The notes under the pieces: model-generated
The model's database searches: none
Told to the model about the DNA's origin: nothing
What the model saw: the letters and a program-made list of their open reading frames with translations, nothing else
Shown: positions 55,624-64,000 of the stretch, piece after piece
Layout: every line of letters starts with the position of its first letter
How positions within the stretch are numbered: the first letter of the stretch is position 1
Assembly (NCBI GenBank): GCA_024279915.1
Contig: JAJRRB010000039.1
Span: forward strand, 652 to 64,651
DNA from: Deltaproteobacteria bacterium
GTDB lineage: Bacteria; Desulfobacterota; Desulfuromonadia; Desulfuromonadales; BM103
DNA length: 64,000 nucleotides
Direction: 5' to 3'
Position numbers and translations under genes: made by a program

Positions 55624-57636
55624 GTGTCAATAACCGAAATATTTAAAGGCAGTAGTGATAAACGTGAGATTGCCTATGCCGCTGGTGGTATGTTGCTAGG
55701 TGTGATGGCTCCGGTTGGCTGGATTATTTTACGTCTGATGTTGTTCTGGGACGATAGCAGCTCACTGCCTGATCAGGTCCTTCAAGACATCATGGGGACG
55801 GAACAGAGCCGATACATGTACAGCTACATGTGTGGTGGCACGATGATGGTTCTTGGCTCCTTTGGCTACTTTATCGGCCGGGCGTCTCAGCAGATTCATG
55901 ATCGTGCTATGAAACTGGATATCCTCAATAAGGAAGTTGATGAGCAGAAAAGATCTTTCGAGCGTCGGTTTACCGACCTTGATCGTAGTATCAAGAATTT
56001 TCACATCATCAATACCGATCTCCAGAAAAGTACCAATCGTCAGGAGATCCTACGGCTTACTGCCGATGGTCTGCACGAAGTAATCGGTTTTGATCGCGTC
56101 AATATTCTGATGGTAGACGAGGCAGAACAACAACTTTATTTCGCCGTCTGTCGAGGTGCCAATCTCGATGGAACTGAATCTCAGGCCAAGGGTAAGCTGC
56201 CTCTCGACGAGCGGGCTGGCTGTCTCTATAAGTCAATTACTGACCGTCAGGTCATGTTGATAGATGACATTACCAAAATGCCGGAAGAGTATCATCTGCA
56301 GCCACCCTGCGATGCCGTGCCGCAACTGCGTTCTCGCAATTTTATTCTCTGTCCGATTATTGTACGTAATCAGGCCATTGGCTTACTGGCTGTCGATAAC
56401 AAATACAAACGTCAAAAGCTCTCCGATACCGATGTCGACACGGTCAAACTCTTTGCTGATCAGATCTCTTCTTCGATGATGCGCATCAATCTGCTTGATG
56501 CTGTTGAGTCTCTGACTCAGCAGCTTGAGCATACCTTCAATGAGTTTCTTAAGTATCGTGATGAACATACTGAACTTATAACCTCTTTACGTTTGGCTAT
56601 ATCCTCAACGACAAGTGCTACATCTGATATCTCAGGCGGAGCAGGGGTCATTCTGGAATCAGTCAATTCAACGCGTTCGGCAGTTGGGCAAATCTCTGTA
56701 TCTATCGATCAGGTGTCCAATAACCTCAAGTCTCTCAACGAGTTCATGGAGAGCTCGATTGCTTCGATGACTGAGATTCAATACACGGTCAGTGCCGTGG
56801 AGGAGAGGAGTGTTCGTTCCCAGACAATGTCGGAGACAGTCACGGAGCGTGCAGAGCATGGAGTCGAGACTGTCACACAGGTTCTCGACGGTATGCGTGA
56901 CATTGTGACTGCTGTTGAGCAGGCAGAAGGAGTCATCGTGAATCTTTCTGCCAAAGGTGAAGAGGTTGGTACCATCACCTCAGTGGTGACGGAATTGACG
57001 CAGAAGACCAGTTTGTTGGCGTTGAATGCTGCAATTATAGCTTCTCAGGCTGGTGAGCATGGACGTTCCTTTGCTGTTGTTGCCGACGAAATCAGGACCC
57101 TTGCCCGGGAATCCGCAGCGTCGACCGACCAGATCAACCAGATTATTGAGGAGATCCAAAAATATACCCGGGAGACTGTTGATCATATCCACCGTACTCA
57201 TCAATTGGTTGACGAAGGTATGCAGCAGGGCGAGGAGATGTCTGAAGTTCTCTCCCAGATTCTGGGAAGCTCTCCACAGGCTATGGAAATGGCTTCTGAT
57301 ATCCGTAAATCCAATCAGGAGATTTCCCAATCAGTGATTGGGGTGAGTAACTCGATAGAAGAACTGGGCGAGATGTCGTCACAAGTTTCAAGGGCGTCCC
57401 GTGAAGAAGCCAATGGCGCCAAGAGCATTGTTGCTGCCGTCGAGGAAGTCCGGTCAATGACTGACGATATGGTCTCAGCAACCTCCCGTCAATCAGAGAA
57501 TACTCTACAGATAGAGACCTCCGTAGACCGCGTCAGTGATATGGCCCAGCGGATTTTTGATGAGATGGATGATCGTCGTAAGGGGAGCCTGCAAGTTATT
57601 GAGGATCTACGCAGGTTGAAGGAAAAGACGGGCTGA
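55624..57636 (+). CDS. Methyl-accepting chemotaxis protein with two N-terminal TM helices and a cytoplasmic GAF domain
   Basis: GTG start after CAGGAGA. GAF-like region: LRLTADGLHEVIGFDRVNILMVDE...AIGLLAVDN. MCP signalling hairpin: EEVGTITSVVTELTQKTSLLALNAAIIASQAGEHGRSFAVVADEIRTLA. The ORF extension from 55531 overlaps pfkA and is rejected. Confidence 0.85.
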   Translation: MSITEIFKGSSDKREIAYAAGGMLLGVMAPVGWIILRLMLFWDDSSSLPDQVLQDIMGTEQSRYMYSYMCGGTMMVLGSFGYFIGRASQQIHDRAMKLDILNKEVDEQKRSFERRFTDLDRSIKNFHIINTDLQKSTNRQEILRLTADGLHEVIGFDRVNILMVDEAEQQLYFAVCRGANLDGTESQAKGKLPLDERAGCLYKSITDRQVMLIDDITKMPEEYHLQPPCDAVPQLRSRNFILCPIIVRNQAIGLLAVDNKYKRQKLSDTDVDTVKLFADQISSSMMRINLLDAVESLTQQLEHTFNEFLKYRDEHTELITSLRLAISSTTSATSDISGGAGVILESVNSTRSAVGQISVSIDQVSNNLKSLNEFMESSIASMTEIQYTVSAVEERSVRSQTMSETVTERAEHGVETVTQVLDGMRDIVTAVEQAEGVIVNLSAKGEEVGTITSVVTELTQKTSLLALNAAIIASQAGEHGRSFAVVADEIRTLARESAASTDQINQIIEEIQKYTRETVDHIHRTHQLVDEGMQQGEEMSEVLSQILGSSPQAMEMASDIRKSNQEISQSVIGVSNSIEELGEMSSQVSRASREEANGAKSIVAAVEEVRSMTDDMVSATSRQSENTLQIETSVDRVSDMAQRIFDEMDDRRKGSLQVIEDLRRLKEKTG

Positions 57637-57729
57637 GGGTTGTAAAATAAGATGAACAGTTAAGGTGGATCGGTTTAACAAAATCCGTGTTCTATTACAA
57701 GTTTTCCAAAGAGCTTTAGTCTCTGCATG

Positions 57730-58704
57730 CTAATCATTCTGCATGGTTGAATCGTTCAGGCGGGTTTTCTGCTCGTCTTTTGCATGACGAATCCTCTGGG
57801 CAGGGCACATCTCACGCCCAGGGCAGTCGCGCCTTTGACATGGCTCGATGTGAATAGTGACATCCGTTCCGGTGATCTTCTCGCCGATTTTCTTCTCGAG
57901 ATAATCAGTAACGTCGTGGGCCTCTTCGACCGAAAGGTGCTTGCAGACAGTCAGGTGAAAATCAATCAATTTCTGTGACCCGGCACGACGGGTACGGAGG
58001 TTGTGAAAGTCGAACAGTTCATCTTTGTGGTCGTTGATTAACTCCTCGATTTCGTTGCGAATGGTTTCTGGAAGCTGCTCGTCCAGAATATCGCGCAAGC
58101 CTTGCCGCAACAGGCGCAACGATTCGAAAAGGATATAAATTGCAACCAGAACCGACATGACCGGGTCGAGCCAGGGCAGGTCAAAAAAGGTAATGAGGAC
58201 CAGCCCAATCAGGAGTGCCAGGTTGGTATAGACATCCATTGAAAAATGTAGAGAATCTGCTTCCAGAGCTGAAGAATCTGTTTCTTTGGCAACCCGGAGC
58301 AAATGGCGACTGATCATAAAGGACGCCACCGTACTGATGGACATAACGACTATGCCGATACCGGTCTGTTTGATCGGGCTGGGCTCGATCATACGCTGAG
58401 TCGCCTCATAGATGATCCAGACGCCGGAGGCCGCTATGACAAAAGATTGAAAGATCGTTGCCAGAGTCTCAAACTTACCGTGACCGTATGCATGACCCTC
58501 GTCAGCCGGTTGTTCCGCATGGCGAATCGCCATCAGGTTGATACCGGACATGAGAATATCGAGCAGTGAATCAATCGCTGATGTCAGAACAGCAAGGCTG
58601 CCGGTAAAGAAGCCGGTCAATAGCTTTAGAATAGCTAGAAAAAGTGCGGTGAATATGGAGAGACTGGCCGCCGCGATCTTGGGTGATTTGGTTCTCTCTG
58701 CCAT
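57730..58704 (-). CDS. Cation diffusion facilitator (CDF) family metal efflux transporter
   Basis: Six TM helices, SAIDSLLDI / HFSMDVYTN-type motifs, and a cytoplasmic C-terminal domain (..DFHNLRTRRAGS..IDFHL). The tail is Cys/His-containing. Confidence 0.85.
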   Translation of the reverse strand: MAERTKSPKIAAASLSIFTALFLAILKLLTGFFTGSLAVLTSAIDSLLDILMSGINLMAIRHAEQPADEGHAYGHGKFETLATIFQSFVIAASGVWIIYEATQRMIEPSPIKQTGIGIVVMSISTVASFMISRHLLRVAKETDSSALEADSLHFSMDVYTNLALLIGLVLITFFDLPWLDPVMSVLVAIYILFESLRLLRQGLRDILDEQLPETIRNEIEELINDHKDELFDFHNLRTRRAGSQKLIDFHLTVCKHLSVEEAHDVTDYLEKKIGEKITGTDVTIHIEPCQRRDCPGREMCPAQRIRHAKDEQKTRLNDSTMQND

Positions 58705-58706
58705 AA

Positions 58707-59231
58707 CTATTCTGCCGCGGGCTCAATAGGGCAAGCTTGCCGCCAGTCATTATAACCGTCACCTTCAATGGCCCAGAAGTCGTCAATCCTCTGTTGATAA
58801 TAGTCAAGCTCCTGGCATTGAAACGTAATCTCGTTGGCCATGGTTTCGGTAATCAGCTTTTGTCTGGCGAGGAACTGATAGAACTCATCTGTCCCGGAGA
58901 GAATGTTTTTCAACTCGGTAAGATTGGGTTCTGTCGTACGGACGATGTACCAGTGTCCGGCAAATTGACGGATATGTATAGGCGTTGCTTCAAACAGGTT
59001 GATACGACGATCAGCAACGATAAACTCGCGCAAAAAGTAGTCGGCCCCATGGCAAAACTCACCCGCCTGCTCGGGGGCTGTTTTACTTTGTTGGGTCAGC
59101 TCCTGATAAAGATGACGCAATAGGTCAAAGCAAAGCTTGTCGACACGAATTTCATCGTCAAGAGTCTCTACATTGTAATCCGTTTTGTTGAGCCCCTGCA
59201 GCAGGGGAGATAGCTTGTTCGAAGGTGTCAT
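58707..59231 (-). CDS. Hypothetical protein (174 aa), apparently co-transcribed with the CDF transporter
   Basis: The ORF ends 2 nt before the CDF start. I recognise no motif. Confidence 0.5.
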   Translation of the reverse strand: MTPSNKLSPLLQGLNKTDYNVETLDDEIRVDKLCFDLLRHLYQELTQQSKTAPEQAGEFCHGADYFLREFIVADRRINLFEATPIHIRQFAGHWYIVRTTEPNLTELKNILSGTDEFYQFLARQKLITETMANEITFQCQELDYYQQRIDDFWAIEGDGYNDWRQACPIEPAAE

Positions 59232-59456
59232 GAAAACGCAGAATCTCCTTTGTTCAGTCTGGTTCTAACCATAATGCACTTGGTGGTGTGTTGGCAACAG
59301 TCAGAATTCTCTGTTTTTTCGCTAAAATATCTACGAACCGAGTCTTTGCTGTTTACAGTCAACTTGCCGTTTTGTTAACATAATATCTTATGAAAGTGTG
59401 GAATCTAAAATAGCAAAAGCCAACCAACTGGTTGTTTTTTAGGAATAGTGCGTTTG

Positions 59457-62063
<2,607 letters not shown>

Positions 62064-62068
62064 ACTCT

Positions 62069-63823
62069 ATGAACCGTGTTGCGATTTACATATTGACTCT
62101 TGTTTGCCTGTTTTTACCGGTGACGACTTTTGCTGAGAGCGTTGAAACGGCTTACCAGAAGGCAAGAGATGCTTACTATTCGCTACAAAATTCATCACGC
62201 AAGCAAATGTATCGTGATCAGTGGCAAAGTGTTTACAAGCAATTTGAGTCAGTACACGAGCGCTTTCCAAAGACTAAGCGCGGTGCTGATGCTCTGTATA
62301 TGTGTGGCAAGACGACAGCTGGCCTCTATACCATCAGTCGCATCAAAACTGATGCACAACGTGCGGTTGAACTTTTCGAACAAATGGCTGAGAGATATCC
62401 GGACAGCTCTCTTGCTGATGACGCTCTGCTGCGGGCCGGTAAGCTTCAGGAAGAAGCGCTTGGTAATAAAACCGGTGCCTACATTATTTATCATCGCCTG
62501 GTAAAAACCTTTCCTTTCGGTGATATGACAAAAAAAGCCAAGGCTCGTTTGACGGCGCTTGCCACGTATGCACCGCCCAAAAAACCTCTGGTTAAAGTCG
62601 CTGAGAAAAGAGTTGATCAAACCTTTGTGAAGTCAGCAGTTGGTTCGGCCGCTTCGGCTGGAGGTGGCCGCCTGACCGCGGTTCGCTACTGGTCCAACCC
62701 CGGTTACACGCGGATCGTTCTGGATGTCTCCCGCGACACACAGTTTTCTACCCATTATCTTGTGCCTGACCCCAAAGAGGGTAATCATCCACGGCTCTAT
62801 GTCGATATTGAAAAGACCCGCTTATCTGATGGTTTGAAAGAGCCTACGGTTGTTGATGATGGTCTGCTACGTCAGATCCGTACCGGTTCTCCACAGGAAG
62901 ATACGGTGCGTGTTGTTCTGGACTTGGACAGCATGAGTGATTACAAGGTCTTCCCGTTAAGCGATCCGTGGCGCATTGTGATTGATGTCGCAGGAGATAA
63001 GGCTCCCGAACTGAAACGTCGAGAGACAGAAATCAGTGCATTGCCTGATTCGGCGAACGATGCCATCGCCAAGGTCCTTAAAGAAGCGCCGAAAGATCAA
63101 CAACCTTTGCATATTCCCAATATGCCTGCGGCAAACACCCTGCGTCGAATCGTCGTCGATGCTGGACATGGCGGCAAAGACCCCGGTGCGGTCGGGCCGA
63201 GCGGTGTCTACGAGAAAACTGTCACACTCAAGATGGCCAAAGCGCTCGCAAAGGAGTTGAGGCGACAGATCGGCTGCGAGGTTATTCTGACCCGTAGTGG
63301 TGACGTTTATCTCCCCCTCGAAGAGCGTACAGCTATTGCCAACAAAGTGGGTGCCGACCTGTTTATCTCACTGCATGCTAATGCCAATAAGAGTCGCAAG
63401 CCATACGGCATAGAGACGTACTATCTCAACTTCTCAAAAAATGATAAGGCTGCTGCTGTTGCTGCGCGTGAGAACGGCACGTCACTCAAGCAAGTGTCAG
63501 ACCTTGAGCTAATTCTGTTTGATCTGATGGCAAATGCCAAGATCAATGAATCAAGCCGTTTGGCGACAGAAATTCAGGAGAGCCTGGTGAAACGAGTCAG
63601 TAAGAAATATAGCAAGGTACGGGATCTTGGTGTCCGTCAGGGTCCGTTCTATGTCCTGCTTGGCGCCACAATGCCCTCTGTTCTGGTGGAAACGGCTTTT
63701 CTCAGTAATCCCCGTGAAGAAAAGCGACTGAACAGCAGCGCCTACCAGAAAACTGCTGCTGAAGCGATTGCCCATGCAGTCAAAAATTATGCAGTCAACA
63801 ACAAGCTGATAGCGGTCCGTTAA
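62069..63823 (+). CDS. N-acetylmuramoyl-L-alanine amidase (Amidase_3) with N-terminal TPR/YbgF-like and AMIN domains
   Basis: A signal peptide, then an AMIN-like region (LTAVRYWSNPGYTRIVLDV...RVVLDL), then the catalytic domain (IVVDAGHGGKDPGA...FISLHANA...VLVETAFLSNP). Confidence 0.88.
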   Translation: MNRVAIYILTLVCLFLPVTTFAESVETAYQKARDAYYSLQNSSRKQMYRDQWQSVYKQFESVHERFPKTKRGADALYMCGKTTAGLYTISRIKTDAQRAVELFEQMAERYPDSSLADDALLRAGKLQEEALGNKTGAYIIYHRLVKTFPFGDMTKKAKARLTALATYAPPKKPLVKVAEKRVDQTFVKSAVGSAASAGGGRLTAVRYWSNPGYTRIVLDVSRDTQFSTHYLVPDPKEGNHPRLYVDIEKTRLSDGLKEPTVVDDGLLRQIRTGSPQEDTVRVVLDLDSMSDYKVFPLSDPWRIVIDVAGDKAPELKRRETEISALPDSANDAIAKVLKEAPKDQQPLHIPNMPAANTLRRIVVDAGHGGKDPGAVGPSGVYEKTVTLKMAKALAKELRRQIGCEVILTRSGDVYLPLEERTAIANKVGADLFISLHANANKSRKPYGIETYYLNFSKNDKAAAVAARENGTSLKQVSDLELILFDLMANAKINESSRLATEIQESLVKRVSKKYSKVRDLGVRQGPFYVLLGATMPSVLVETAFLSNPREEKRLNSSAYQKTAAEAIAHAVKNYAVNNKLIAVR

Positions 63824-63824
63824 T

Positions 63825-64000
63825 ATGTCAAACCAATCAACCCATCCCGATTTTTTTGCGACAGAACTGATGATGGCCGGGGATGTCTCTTTTGAAGAGA
63901 GACGTTCCTTTATCCTTGAAGCGGCACGCGGTTATCTGGAGTTTTATCGCAACCTCTGTCACGAAATGCACGATGCCGGCGGCAGCGGTCGTGAGGTCGT
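63825..64000 (+). CDS. glnD: 5' end of a probable [protein-PII] uridylyltransferase (GlnD); truncated by the window edge
   Basis: MSNQSTHPDFFATELMMAGDVSFEERRSFILEAARGYLEFYRNLCHEMHDAGGSGREVV resembles GlnD N-termini (..h..G.SG.EV..). Only 58 codons are visible. Confidence 0.35.
   Translation, partial: MSNQSTHPDFFATELMMAGDVSFEERRSFILEAARGYLEFYRNLCHEMHDAGGSGREV

Overview
This 64-kb window looks like a Desulfuromonadales/Geobacter-like deltaproteobacterium. That taxonomic guess rests on gene content and order only; no database search was possible, and all family calls come from motifs I recognise in the translations.

Layout:
(1) 1-19.6 kb is an exopolysaccharide locus. It runs CapD-like dehydratase, an extraordinary secreted poly-Ala/acidic 737-aa protein, an OM beta-barrel, a Wza-like exporter, a Wzc-like co-polymerase/BY-kinase, a PHP Tyr-phosphatase, a Wzy/O-antigen-ligase-like protein, a TPR protein, gmd, fcl, manC, a phosphomannomutase and a UDP-glucuronate 4-epimerase.
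(2) der follows.
(3) 21.1-34.3 kb is a non-canonical chemosensory operon: DUF4388-REC protein, cheY, cheA, ExeA-like ATPase, cheW, REC, cheW, Zn-ribbon/pseudo-receiver, HEAT-repeat protein, cheR, cheB, GAF protein, cheY. It contains no MCP.
(4) Housekeeping genes: infA, leuS-lptE-holA, rpsT, murJ, ogt, and an aminopeptidase.
(5) 42.6-45 kb is an AT-richer, decayed patch holding an ADP-ribosylglycohydrolase, an SH3b protein and a truncated TMTC-like remnant.
(6) The rest: glnB (two lesions)-glnA, a DUF3179 gene with an in-frame TGA, thrC, maeB, yfcE-like, HIT, exbBD, pfkA, a GAF-MCP, a CDF transporter, mutS, an amidase, and the start of glnD.

Most notable observations:
(a) A pervasive family of degenerate tandem HEPTANUCLEOTIDE arrays (GGGACGY, TTCAAAA, CAGCTTA, CCAGCCT, GGGAGCW, CTGAAAA and others). 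They fill gene boundaries, often as inverted pairs that form long hairpins. They are also translated in-frame inside manC, fcl, gmd and the epimerase.
(b) The poly-Ala acidic secreted protein embedded in the export machinery.
(c) A candidate selenocysteine codon with a SECIS-like hairpin at the Cys position of the DUF3179 CPLC motif.
(d) An unusual density of frame lesions: Wzc tail, DUF4388 at a T7 run, glnB (two lesions), and the TMTC remnant.

No tRNA, rRNA, CRISPR array or transposase was recognised.
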